A stretch of DNA of 61,978 bases, filler included, from Choristocarpus tenellus KU-1152 (lineage: Eukaryota; Protista; Phaeophyceae), in assembly GCA_964200185.2 (NCBI GenBank). It is 9 parts of 9 records of this genome, joined end to end, with 100 filler letters (N's around TTAATTAATTAA, not from the genome) between each part and the next. Parts side by side here need not be neighbours in the genome. Positions count along the whole stretch, not along the records: positions 22,486 to 29,031 come from CAXNAD020007890.1; positions 29,132 to 41,264 come from CAXNAD020001964.1; positions 41,365 to 44,449 come from CAXNAD020022427.1; 6 more parts are not named here. The stretch is one strand, 5' to 3'. Position 1 is the stretch's first letter. Each line of letters opens with the position of its first letter. Both the position numbers and the translations under genes were made by a program. Shown here piece by piece: positions 28,024-41,699 of the stretch. The notes under the pieces are model-generated. The model saw nothing but the letters and a program-made list of their open reading frames with translations. It had not been told where the DNA came from and made no database searches.

Positions 28024-29031
28024 TATTATATTATTATTCCCTCTGACATTTTGCAGGGGAAACCCGTTCTAAGGGCTTTTTCCCTCGCATATCTTCAAAA
28101 TGTCCGAGGGTATAATAACATAAAACATTAGAGGAAGATATTCCAAAATACACAAAACTATACTCCCAAATACAAACCGATATTCAAAATTTGATGGAAA
28201 CTGGGAAATATCCAAATTGGTATGTATAATTGACTAAACCAAAAAGGCACATTTTAATCCTTGTTTGGTTTTTGTTGTTGACTTGGTAAACAACTAAGAT
28301 TAATACATTTTCAAGATGTTTCAAGAAAGAATCCAATTCTATATAAAAAACACCCCTATAAAAGTAACGCTTGTCATAAATGAGAAAGATGTATGTATCC
28401 CAAATCTATTAACACCACTCCCATAAAAGCTCGTGATTACAATGTGATGTGTGCACTCCTCCTGCTATGCCTCCAACTTAGCTTAGCTTAAAACGCAACA
28501 CTCATCTTGAGAGAGGTACTTGTTGTGCAGTTAGTTACAGACACTATCTGTCATGAACAGGATTTGATTAGTCATTTCCCACTATAAAGTCAAAAACCCA
28601 ATATATTTGTTATATTATCTTTTCTTATTTTGCCCTCTGAAATTTTCCAGATAGATGTGTCGGGGGGGAAACAAATTAAACTATTCGTATGTCAGTATAA
28701 GCCCTAAAGAAATAAAATATCATAAATGTGAAAAACACTAATCTATTTGGTACTTCTCCACTATCAATATTTTACTTCTGCCTTCCTGTGATCCCAATCT
28801 ACCCTACTACTCCTGCGACCTGGGGGGAGGACCTAGTTATATTTTATTATTATTTTTTACATCATATTATTATGCCCTCGGACATTTTGTTGTTTTAGGG
28901 AAAACCAATCAAGACCATACACATATTTTATTATTATGCCCTCTGACATTTTGCAGATGTGTCAGGGGGGAAACCAATGAAAACTATAAAACTATATACA
29001 TATATTATTATGCCCTCTGACATTTTGCAGA
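28024..29031 (+). repeat. Dispersed/tandem repeat with core TATTATTATGCCCTCTGACATTTTGCAG
   Basis: Copies at ~28024, 28626, 28866, 28929, 29002; inverted copy at ~12271-12297. Confidence 0.75.
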
Positions 29032-29395
29032 NNNNNNNNNNNNNNNNNNNNNNNNNNNNNNNNNNNNNNNNNNNNTTAATTAATTAANNNNNNNNNNNNN
29101 NNNNNNNNNNNNNNNNNNNNNNNNNNNNNNNAGGGTAGCCCTGTCATCCCAGAATAAAATGCACATAGAGTGAGCGGCGGGGTGGTGAGTGAGGTGGGAC
29201 ATGGGGATTCATTGACCTGTGTGAACACTGTAACTTAACCAGCTTTAAAAAATATCCATTGTGCTGTAATCTTTACGCAGCAGAAGATCAAAAATCAGGG
29301 TTAGGGAAGGAGAAGTAGGCTTTGCAAATAGGCAGGCGCTTAGTTGAAAGCATGTCATTGGGATCAAATTTTACACATTTTTTCCCCTACAAACG

Positions 29396-29398
<3 letters not shown>

Positions 29399-29434
<36 letters not shown>
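29399..29434. repeat. (GT)n microsatellite
   Basis: Direct observation; (TA)n tracts also at ~19659, 21795, 21931. Confidence 0.9.
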
Positions 29435-29438
<4 letters not shown>

Positions 29439-29769
29439 GGGGGGGGGGTATAGGAATGGTAACACACTCCAAAAAGGATTCACTCAATTGAGCCCTCAGC
29501 AGGACAAAATCAAGACACGATAAATCAAATACCGTACCATTCTTTTGACGGAGAAGTAGCAGGGCGGAAACAATGATGTGAAACACACATCACTAGCAAC
29601 AAGAGCAGCTGCTGCGCACATTCAACCAACAACACCAGACCACTACCAATGTAGAACCAAAGGAAACTGCCGACAGAGGAGCAGAGTTCCAATCAGGAGA
29701 CCGCAGATAAGTTTTCCCATCGCTTGGTAGGCTTGGGCTTCCCACAGATAATGGTAGTTAACCTCTCAC

Positions 29770-30393
29770 ATGTTCTGTGATGTACTTCTGCATTGCGGTC
29801 ACATCATTGTGGCATCCGGCCAGTTCCCCCTGCTGTCCAACATAGTTGATGCCAATCAGCAACGCCTTCGAGGTGCCATTGTTCTAGGAGGGCAAATATC
29901 AAAAACAAGGGGACGGGGACAGGGGGGAACAGTAGTCAATTCTGATGTAACGGTTGCGCTTGTTATGTTTGAAAGTCCAGCCAACAAGGAACACCACTAA
30001 ATTCTTGGACTACCTACCTGTCGTCTTCAGGGCAAACAATGATAAACAGCAGCTGTGGTATTACCAAATGCGATCATCACCTCTAAACTCCTTGCAGCCT
30101 CCTGGCAAGAAATATTTCTTGTAGTAAGTACTTTTTTTGTGGAGAGTTGCGATTAACCTATAAAAGAACCCTCCAGTTGTACCTCATCTACACAGCATGA
30201 AGTATCCTATGAAGCATGGCGTTCGAACACATGGAAAAGCCACCGAATCTGGTTGGATATCTACAATATTCCCCTCCATCATCCCCCCCCCTCCCCTCCC
30301 TCCCATCCTTATCTTTTCCCAACTTACCTGATCATTGAGGATGCTAAAGGGACTGTTGACATCAATGGCCCTTGAGGTGCTCAGCTGAGGAAT
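29770..30393 (-). CDS. Metacaspase fragment with p10-before-p20 order (type III)
   Basis: Exon 30328-30393 ([22 protein letters not shown], end of p10) splices in phase 0 to exon 29770-29883 ([38 protein letters not shown], start of p20); canonical AG/GT sites. Confidence 0.85.
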
Positions 30394-30879
30394 CTGCAGT
30401 TCAACGGAAATGTCAGTTCAAGGTACACACTGGGTATCTGGCATTACCAATTGAGCTTCAGGGTGCAGAATAGGGTTAAGGCAGAAACACCTTTCCATTG
30501 TGTATCTACAGCACTACACAGGCTGTTACAAACTCAGAAAGTTATTGCTCTGATGAGAGATTTACATCCACTTTTGGTGACAATTGCATTGCAACATTAA
30601 GAATACTGACACCTGTCCACCTACATAAGGGCAGATTTCTTGGCTTACTTATCTTACACTGTAAATTGGTATGGCCCAATGATGGTGATTGCTTGTATAC
30701 CATTAGGTGGTGGGAAAAAACTTTCTTCTACACCTCACTTGATGTACACACAGTGATTGCAATGTACTGAGAATCACATCAACGTTGATAAATATAAAAC
30801 CATTGGGTCACCTCACCCCTAGCCAAGGCATTGAAGAGAGTGGCATAGAATGTTAACCTTTTTTGTATACTTGATGCGG

Positions 30880-33800
30880 TTTGAACCTCCGAAGTCTGAG
30901 TTTCAGACATAAAAACTATTTCGACAAGGTGTATTTTTGAAAGAGAGCTCATGAAGAACCTTGGCTTACATCAAGGGCTTTAATCATCGACTGCTCACCA
31001 GATCTTCAAGTATCATTTAATATTTTTGAGATGGTAGATAGGCCTCGTAGGTATCCACTTGAAATACATTACATTCCATCAATATAGCAGATCCCTAATA
31101 TCAGGACCACAAAGAAAACCGAGTGAACGTCAATGATGGGGCTCTAGAACTCACTTGTGAGAACTTCTTTGTGGAAAGAATTTGCCGCATGCCCTTGAGC
31201 ACGCTCAGCCAAGTGTCGGCTTGGGAATCCACCTATACATCGATTCACCAAACATAATCAAAGAGAGCAAGGTGGTGATATCGGTCAATCTGCTGCGACT
31301 GCGTCCTCCTCTGCAATGCACGTATGGCCCATGCTGACTTTAGTTCGAGAGCTTTTGATGAGCGGGAAGTGTAACTTCACAAAGGATGCCTCTACCCAAA
31401 TATCTAACATGGACTTTGAACATGTGCAAGGGAGTCAAGATCGATCAATAAGTTGGGAAACAGGCCACCAATGTGGGAGGAAAACATACCAGAGTCATCA
31501 AGAGAGCATTGGTGCAAGCACCTCCAGCGCCTTGGGCGTCCGGTAGTCCGAACTTGGATACATCCCGAACGTCCGCTGATGTCTGCGCATCCTGGCAACC
31601 AGAGAACATCCTGGAGATCGTCGAGAATCATAAACGGTGAGTATATGGAGCGCACACGGAATGCCACAGAAGACTATTAATTCTGTAACGTGTTCTCGAC
31701 AACACTTGAGGCAGACTCAAATGGAAATTCTTTCAAAAGGAGGTGAGGCTGACATCCTTCGAACCGGATACAATTACCTCAGGAGCCCTGCCAGACTAAG
31801 AATCACCATAACATCCTCCCTCACCGGACATCAGCCTTAAGTTTGGCTGCCACTTCCGCAGCGAATGCCTCTGGGTCGGCAGGGGCCCTAGAGCTGTCAC
31901 CAGCTTCCGTGCTTCTTGCAGCACTTGTGTTCATGCACGATTTGATTGCTGTCATGATAAACTCCATTTTGCTTTAATTGTCTCGTACGTGCGTCTTTCT
32001 GAGGGGGATCTGCAGATGAGGTGGTGTGTGTTGGAGTAGTAGGAAAGTACTTCAAGGATGTAGGATCAATAGATGGATGGGTACTTGTAGACAAAACATG
32101 TAGATAAAGGTTACGGTAGTTCCAAATTCCAAATTCCAAATTAACAAATTGAACAATATTGAACCATTTGAATAAAAAAAGTTAGATTCAACAATATCAC
32201 TCCGTCCATCCGTCCACTAACAACTCCGTTTCACTCAATTTTACAAACATATTTTATTGTTTTTTGCGATTCTGTGGAGTACCAATTTGTCCAGTCGTTC
32301 ATTCACTCATTCCACAAAATCACCTTGGCAAGAATCTGCTCGGGAAGGGTGGACAGAAAGGTTTTACTTCTGATACACTCTAACCTGGGGATCCTACTAT
32401 CCACGTTCTTCATTCTTTACCGAGTTTGGTTTATTTTTTGATTTCACCATGTGTGAATGTTGGGGGAACCGTCAAGTGATCAATCGTTCCCGAAACGATT
32501 GCTTGTCCCCTGTGAGGAGAGTACCCAATCTGGAGAGGACAACAAGTCAGAGGAGTCGAAGTAGGTCTCGCTCAAGAGAACGACGCTGTGAAGGATGTGC
32601 TGTGCATGATCTTGCTCGCGGCGAAAAGCGGTTTCACCAAAATCTCAACATCCCCGAGACAATAGACGACACCACCATTCCATCACCTCCTCCATCACCT
32701 CCTACTTCACCCCCACCCTTGCCCCCCAGAGACTTTGACTCGTGGAATTGTCATGGGGTGGTTGCAGGGCGGTTTACCATACCAGTGTGGCGATACATGC
32801 AAGGTATTGATGAAGAGATGATGGAGCTAATGGATAGCACGTTACACGGTGAAGATGCACCACAAAATTCGTCAGAGATAAACTTGGAGGAGCCTACGGT
32901 TATGTGTGAGACGAGTGATGAAGGTGGCATCCACCACGAACCGTTAGTTAGTCCCCGTTATGTCGCCGTAGAGCCAAATGTATCGCCATTGTTACATTAG
33001 GTGGGGGTGCTAGTTGTAGAGCAGAGGTGATGTGAATTTTGCTTGACTTTTAAGGATGTTTTGTGTGTTTAGTGATTGTCAGGTGTCTGTGGGCTGTATA
33101 GATTAACAAATTGCCCCTTGTTTCTCTAGATATCCATGAAGAGGGCCTTGTGCTCGTCTTTCCTAACTTGTTCGTACGGAATAACTGACACAAAAGCACG
33201 TTGGCCATGTTGCTAGTGATTTGTGTTTTTTTTGTGCCTGCGCCTCTGCAGCTGGATGCTTTTTTCCAGCTATGTGCCTGCGACGTATGGTCTTCTGTCC
33301 GCACAGCTAGTTCTGGCAAGTATGACGTGAGGTGGGAACCATGACCGTGGCATGGTGTGGACAGGGTGTGAAATGTTGAGAAATTTTCGTATTTGTAGCA
33401 TGTATATAGTGATCACTTGATGAAAATGTGTATGGTTTTTTAGTAACAAAACCTGTGGCACATACTATGGTACATGCTCTACCTTCAAATTTCTGCATTT
33501 TTTATTGTAATGTAAAAAGAAACGCTTTAGATTTCACAAGAACAATGATGTGCTTGTGCGCTTGAAGGGTTGCTCCAACAGATGGTCTCTTCGGGATACC
33601 TCTTGGAAGTTTCTAAAGAAAGGGAATACAATCTTGGTTCAAGGCGCATCAAAAAAGGTGACCACTCCTGTCTTGATCCCATTCCATTTCTCCCAGTATT
33701 TTCTTATGGTCCATTACTATGCTATTCCTTAGCCTGTTTTATCTTCTCTGGGTCGAAATGTTTTGGTTTATTCTAAACATCAAACCCTTTTATGTGTCCC

Positions 33801-36800
33801 TCACAATTTTAGTGACTCACGTGTTCGTTGGATTGTGGTCTTTCTGTCAAAGATAATACTAGTTGATTGATGTGCTTAAGAGTTTGGAAACAATGCAGTG
33901 CTTGGAGATGGAGAAGCTGTTAGCTCTTGCAAGTCCCATTCACCTGTTCCTTGCCAATCTCCCTTGAACTGTTCATTGATTGTCATTTTGTGGATGACTG
34001 CCCTTGTTGCTTCTGGGTACATACATGCACCAGCTTGGTGCATCATCACAGATCCGAATACACCGCATCTCTACTTGGTCAGGGAGGTGATGTGCTATTT
34101 TTAGTGAATAGCAAGGTTCTCAGGTCACAATTCTCAACTGTTTTAAATGCTCAAAGCTGATCCTATATGAAAAAAAAATCTATTCACCAGAGAGTAACAT
34201 CACGGGTTACTAGTTTTGTATGGAGGTGTGTGACATCCAACAACTTAACACGACGTATGTTGAGAAGGTTAAAGTGGCAATATTTTTTGCATACAAGAAC
34301 CTGTTCTGCATGAAATTGAATCACCCCAGTCAGACCTCAATGTATTCTGGACTATATTTGGAGTACACATATGTCTGCAACCCTTACTCAATATATAAAT
34401 TATGCTCTGTATAGCAAGCCCTGTCTAGGATTGTTTAAAATGATGGCAATTCAAGGACAATTCTGCCTGTTGCATTTCGGTGCACAAAAACACCAACAGT
34501 GCATTTTCACCCTTGCACACATCAAGATTTTTACTTGGTCAAGCGGTGGTAATTATTGTTGAAAATGGACATAGTAAAAATGTTTCCTGCACATGTCCTC
34601 ATGAATTGAAAGTGCTCACCTCATTGTTGAATCTGTTTTGACTTCTACATTTAATTTCAAGAGCAAGACTTTTAGATTTTTAAGAATTGTGCAAATATGG
34701 CTGATTACATGTCTTTACAGATTTTATTGAAATATACAGAAGACTTGTATGGATATCTCTGCTTGTTGTTTTTGTTGCAACACATACATCAACAAAGTGT
34801 TTCATCATGGACATCACACAATGCTTCAACATTGACAGGGGGAACATGAGATATTGTAAGTCAGTAAAGGTGAACGGTTATTTTTGAGTGCTGTACACTA
34901 AAATGCAAGTTTGCTGAACATCACTTTCTTATCTTTGCAAGCAAATAACACACATTTAGTATTTAGGTTCACATCTGGTGTCAAGAAGTTTGTTGATCCT
35001 TTTCTCTTCCCTACACTCCACTATTTAGCTAAGACCGATATACAACTGTATCATGATACTTTCTCTAATTTTGCCACATTTTGTTCTGACAGCCATGCCC
35101 CACAGCTGTTTTTGTACAATAGTGTACCATCCACAATGGAATCAAGGTCAACCATAATGTTTTCATGTGGTCTCCACATAAGCAAAGTATCAACAACTCT
35201 CTTCCAAAGTCCACAGACTCCTTGTCATAAAAAAGGTTCAGGTCTAGCAATTTAACTATGACGTCCATTTTTTCAGCGAACTAGCTTTTTTTGAAGAAAT
35301 TGCAAATCTGAAAGAATCTCAGATGTTCTGTCAGTTCCCAACTTCGTGTGTCTCAATGATGAGGGGTGGGTGATTCAGTGGATGAGTTGATATTTCCTCT
35401 GGAGCACAGTACAGTTGAACGAAACATCTAATATGTTTGTGTTACAAATATCTTGCGAAGGGTTGCACATTCCCAAACTGCAGCCACTTCATCTTGTTTT
35501 TAGTATGATGTATGCCTTAGGGAAGTAATTGTTTGGACATTTCTGTATGGTTTTTGCTTTTGTGTAAAGCAAAATACCTGAACATATTTTGAGACCCAAA
35601 TTCTTCATAGATTGTGACAAAATGTAATCTTGAAATTTTTTGTTGTGCAGAACTTGATAGAGCAGATACTTCTACCTCAAAGAGACACCAAACTATTGGA
35701 GTGATCTTTTTTCTAGTTATTTTTCTTACACAGTTGCTGATTCTTTTTCAGTAACAGGACATTCTCTTATCAGTTCTATGCACTGTTGAATTTACACCTG
35801 GGATTAGTCTCATTTGGCATCATAGTAATCACGCATTTGTTAAATAAATGATCAGAGCGCCCAAGGCTTGGCTCCTCATATTCACGTGTTCCTTGTGTAT
35901 GTCCTGATCAGATTAATTTGCAAAGGTGAGTGGCACTTCAAGACTAATTGAATAATTAAACTGTCGGTATTGTATACAACCTACAAGCCAAGCCTTACTT
36001 AAACAAATCAAGTTCAGGCCACCCCCCCAACCTCCAACCCTATACTTGTATGTTTAAACTACACTTTTAATGGTTGGAAGGGAAATTTCTGTAAGGTTTA
36101 TTCGAACTCTGGTTTGCAACAGCTTGGTAGGCTGAGTACTATCAATTGACAAGTATTTACATCATTCACATTATATAAAAATGAACTCCTGAAGATTACC
36201 AATCTTTTGAAAAATGTTATCTTAAGCATGTGTTCTAAGTAAGTTTGTGGTTTCTTTTCTGTTGTTCAACTTCTACTGCAGTTCTAAGAAAGACTAATTT
36301 AATAGCCGATTTCAATCATTGAGGATAGGCTTGACCCAAAATTGATTGGGATAACATGTCGATTTTTTTTTTTCAATGAAAAGTGTCGATATGTTTTTTT
36401 ATCATTCATTCATTGAATGAAAAAAACATACACTTTATCCTAGTCAATTTTGGGTCAAGCCCATCCTCAATTTTTGAAATCGGCTGTTATTTGTTACCAT
36501 GGCTATGCTTTTTCCACATTCCCTTCTATCGATATATTGGAACGAGTTGTAGATGACCAATACGCCATGTCTGATGACAGATCTTATTTCGTTGTGGTTG
36601 TAAAAAAGAGAGAAAACATAAATGAGTTTAGGTAGATATTATGTGTCTGTATCAGGCCTTCGCCTTACGGTCCATTATGCAGACAGTTGCAACTGACTTA
36701 ATTAGAAATTTAGTTGGGTCCTAAATGATCTTGATTCGAAACTTCGATACTCTTCTAAAATGCCACTCAGTTTTGTCGGCAATACCACCTGAAATATGGA

Positions 36801-39800
36801 GTTCTAGCAGCTTGTTGACACGGCAGGCAGGGTGTACAAGACACATTGAGCAATTACTTGTTCTACACACACATCGTAGAGTTGAGCTCGAACATTTGTG
36901 GTCTTCTAGTTTTTGCTTGGGTTATATATGTTTATCTCAGTATTTATGGTAGGTACGTACTATATTTGTATTACATCTTAATAAGCTAGTAATATAATAT
37001 TGTGGGAAATCATTCTCCTGTAGTAATGGTTAAAGGGCAAGGCACTTGTTGAACTCTTGTTTTGTACTAATGTATGATTCTCATAATTTTATTCCATCTT
37101 GCATTAATCATGGCATGAAATATGTGTAACTTCAAAAAAATTATTGGGTAGATTAGGGAGGGTGCACGATGCTGGTTTAGTAAAGTAGATTGTACTTCTT
37201 GTTAATATTTTTATACAATTGACAATTCTGTAAAGGAAAAATTGAGCTGCCAGACCGAGAGATAAGCAGGTTTGGATTTAGCTTGGCTTCAGATTTTGGT
37301 ATGAAATGTGGTAGAACTCTTGGAAGGATTTTTGTGTGGGTCTTCCTGTTTTTTCCTTAAGTAGGATGTATTAGTTTCTTTGGACTACGTTTTGGACAAT
37401 GGGTCTGGGACATCTCAAACTAATGTGATAAAAATAGTAATGAACTTGGAATGTACTAATGGAGAATTTATGAGAGGTGCTACAAGGGTAGTTTGGTTTG
37501 GTTTCACCATTGCAGAACTGAGGACAAGATCAACACACTACTCCATCCCATTTGTACAGACCCGATTTCTTCTCCTTTGGCGTTCTGAGTGTGTGCTAAG
37601 GTTTTGTGCTGTATCTGGTGATGGGTAGTGATGATGCAACGCCTCTTTCACCTTCTTGGTGGTGCAAGTGCACTTTGTGTCTGCTTACATGTTTGTGTCC
37701 ATGGTGATTTGTTTTTCTCAATTGGATAACAAAAAAGTAATGGAATATCCATAAAATTTGGTGCACGAAGTTTATTTAAGTATGGAGTACATGAGATTTG
37801 AACTGAAAGGGCATGTTTTGACTCTTGTATTGTACCCCATTCCCTTCTTTCTCAGTTTCTCAAATGTGTACTTTTTTATCGACCCATACGTTGTCCTCTT
37901 GAAATGAGTAGTAATAATCTGTACTCTATAATGATCATAGTTGTGCACACCCTCAGCAATATTTTGAGGCTAGATACCATGGTAATTCATAGAGAATTTA
38001 TCGTGTGAGTTATTCTGTATTCACTGCCAAGCATGGTCTTGTTGGCAAGATGTATCAGTAAATGCTTTCCTCTCTGTGTATGTGCAAATGAGATCAACCA
38101 AGAGCTGGAGTATATCATGATGCACACAAATGCCCCCAAGAATCAATTGTGGATAATGAGGGTAGAGTGCCTGAAATGAACTAATAGTTACACCAGTTGA
38201 ACTCATCAATAATTTGGTCTCCCTTGACATTATTCAGTCCATAGAAAGTACTGAAATGTGGTGCAGCATCCTCTACATCAAGTCTTTCTTGACTGTAAGA
38301 AAACGGTTCTTATTTCTTTAAAGTATGGTTGAGGTATTGTGTTACTAATTTGTTACCTATGTAGTAAGCACCTTTCGTTGTTTCACAAGGAGTAGACTCG
38401 TGTCACTATGTGTGTCACCAACGCATCCACTCAGTTGCAGACTCTGCTGCACGTCTGCACCTTGTCACAGGGTATTATAATCCCTTTTCAATCCATTAAC
38501 TTTTTGTGGATAGTGTTTTTGGAAGGCTCTTCTTTTTCTCTCCTTGTTCAATCTATTTTGCGGTCCTTTCTTACATGTCTTCTTGACCTTTTCCTAGTCT
38601 GCAACATTGCCCGGTTGCACTTCGGTGGGTATACTCACCCTGCCTCTGTTGAGATACGTGACTTTTCTGTTTAATGTATTTCTATTTCTATCTTGACATG
38701 ACAGTATCTCTCTCCGAGGCAAATAGCTTCTCCAGGCTCCAATCCCTATAGTTTCGATTGGACCGGCAGTTCTCGTTGTTTTGTATTGTATTGTATTTCC
38801 ATATCCTCACTGAGTAGCAGGTGACACATCCTTCTTTCCCCTAGCATATGTTGGCTTGTTCCAGTGAGACCCGTCTGGGGAAGGTACAGTCTACATTAAC
38901 CACTAGCTCCCTTAGTTCCAGGACCCAGTCAACAACATCCCGCAGGGGAGGTGTATGAGGTCTAGCCCACTCTTGACGCCATCCTTAAAGTTTCCCTCAA
39001 AATGAATCTGGACCACATTTTTTGTATCAGAAGTGGTTCTAGGGTTAGGAATACAATAGAGAATTGTGCATGTTGATTTGTTCCTAGTAAGTAGTTCACG
39101 TGGTAACTGTTTATGTAATGGTGTTTAAATTCGTGGGTTTGCTCTACATTTTTGGAAGAGGTCTGTATACTGATCAATCTACTCACGAGAAGGTCCATTC
39201 ATTGCTGATGCTGTTTAGAAGCTTCTGCATCAAATACTTCAAATGTTAATGGAATAGATGACTAGTAGAGGGGGGGTTGTAGTCAATGTACCAGAATGAG
39301 AATTCATTGAACCACTATAGAGCAACACAATTATAGAATCCGTTTTTAGAAATTCCACCAGATTACATCCTCCGTACACATCTGGTTTGATGTATCTGAT
39401 ACTTTTAAGTAGTATTGTAGATTCTATAATAACAAATATGATATACCAAGAAAGAGCAAATGTAACCAAAGCCAACCTCGCACGAAGTCATATTGTCCTT
39501 ATTTTCACCCTGTTGTGGAAGAGGCAGACATTCTGTTATCGTCCCTCAGGCCACCCCAGAAGTCACCCTTGTTCTGATCCCCATCAGCAGATTTGAGCTT
39601 ACCAACCCCCACTGCCTCTCCATTCTCCCATGTCACTTGGAATTTCAAGTGATGTCAAGTAATGCACAGCACAAGGCTTGGCACTGTTTAGGATCCACCC
39701 TTCACAAGTGAAATGGTCACATCAAGGTGTAAAACTTATCACAACGTTTTTTCATCTGGGTAAGGGAGAGTCTTCAGGTGCGCCCTCTGCAATACATACT

Positions 39801-40700
39801 TTTTTGAATACTTTTTTCAAATCTTGTTCTTGCTTGATAGGTTTCTGGTTGAGAAATACGACATAATTAGTAACCCAACCCCTCATCCAGTTCCATACTC
39901 TACTCTCTAGTTGAAATTGGCGTTTCTTGGTCTTGCCTGTCATTGACATATCATACCAATCACCATAATTGTTCTGTATTTTTTGCTAGACTCCAAGCTC
40001 CACTTCCTAACCTGCCCACTCTGCTAGTTCCACTAGTAAATATAGTATCAAACATGAAGAACCTGCAATTATATCTATTATGATGAAGTACATGTATTTA
40101 ATACGTTGACTTAATTCCAGAATCTGATGTTCTGCTCTGACCCTCAACAAAATCATGGCAGGATAGCAAATATTGCGGAACAATTAACACTAGAGAGCAT
40201 TGGTTCCAAAGGAATACGACTAGTGTTGTGAATCACGACACTTCAAAAACCAAGTACCTAAACTAAAAAAGTTCAGATATCCAGGGGGGGGGGTTCACAA
40301 ATCAAGCAGAAAAGTGTGATCGCTGAACATATTAGAGGTCGCAGAGCCGCTCGTTCATCGTATCACCACCCACAATTCACTAAACATTTCAATGTTTATG
40401 GCTTCGGATCTGCCTGCTGAGTGAGACCTTCGGATGATTTGGAAGTTTTTGCCTTGTGCGTAGACAAGTCATCGGATTAATCGAAATTATTTCTTGCCGA
40501 CTAGAATTGTAGCCATAAATTCTTTCGGTTCACAACAATTTAAAGTAAACGAGAGGTACCCAAAGTTGCCTTTACAGGATAGTCGACCTTTTTTGCAAAC
40601 ACAAAAGGAGTTCTCCTTGCTGCGTCAAAAAATTTCAAACAAATTGAGGAATAAACCTTCTCAAGCCAAACTTAGCACTTCGTCCACAGAAATGGGAAAG
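30880..40700. mobile_element. Large degenerate TE-like region upstream of (or inside an intron of) the metacaspase; class uncertain
   Basis: About 10 kb with no clean exons; one 183-aa ORF (32449-33000), Cys/His-rich broken frames, weak KDZ-transposase-like and Ulp1-like words. Boundaries approximate. Confidence 0.3.
36301..36488. mobile_element. MITE family B
   Basis: Long imperfect TIRs AATAGCCGATTTCAA..TTGAAATCGGCTGTT; TSD ATTT (36297-36300, 36489-36492). Confidence 0.85.
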
Positions 40701-41418
40701 TTTATGAAGTAATCTGAGTTTTGTGGGCTGAAGAACTCTGGTTGGTTGGGGGCACAGGGGGAGGGAGGGGACAGAGAGAAGAATAAGAATTAACAAGAAG
40801 GGAACGAATAGTTAAGTAATGAGAGGCTAAGAGAGGGAGGAGATAAGTTAAAGGAATTAGTACTAGGTGGAGGGGAGGTACAGGGGAAGAAGGAACGGTC
40901 CGTATTGAAAAGATTGCCGAGGGCTGGGGGTACAAGACGAGGATGGCGAGAAGACAACCTCTGAGCAAGCTCTCCCGCCCACCCACCCTGTCGCTTGCTC
41001 ACGACTGATCGGGATGCTGGGAAAAAGGGAGGGGAGGTTAAGTTCAGGCGGGGTAGATGTCTTCTAGCTCAATGGCGCGGTATGAAGTGGATGATGAAGG
41101 GGTGTTCTTGGATGATTGTGGAGTAATGGTGAGTGGTGCGAGGTGATTGGAGTGTTAACTGGTGTGGGGGTGAGTGCAGTGGTAACCGGTATGGCGTTGA
41201 GGGGAGTGGTAACTTGTGTGGGGTTGAAGGGTGGGGGGGATGACTGGAAATCAGTGGCGAAGGGNNNNNNNNNNNNNNNNNNNNNNNNNNNNNNNNNNNN
41301 NNNNNNNNTTAATTAATTAANNNNNNNNNNNNNNNNNNNNNNNNNNNNNNNNNNNNNNNNNNNNGCATGTTAGGGCTGTGCGCATCTCGCTTTCCTACTT
41401 CCCCTCTCTGGGGCGATT

Positions 41419-41450
<32 letters not shown>

Positions 41451-41699
41451 ACACCAGGGTGTCCATTTGGTCAAAATCGGGAAAAGTGCATTTAAGTTAT
41501 CCATCCAACGTATGCAACCAAATCACCCGAAAATCGCGATAGAAAAATATTTACCCTAAATGGACAGCTGCCACCCCCCCCCAGATACTCTGAGCCCTGG
41601 ATCATTCCCAATCCCAGGGCCTACTATGTACTCATTTGAAGTACAATACCAACATACCCAGCTGATCCCCTCCCCCAATCGCTTGCTGAATCATGCTCT

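Noticed and set aside
31800-31900. Possible HDV-like ribozyme around GCAGCGAATG
   Set aside because: Could not build consistent P1/P2/P3 pairings.
40860-41020. Possible upstream metacaspase p10 exon
   Set aside because: No convincing GGACT-type p10 motif or consistent splice sites.
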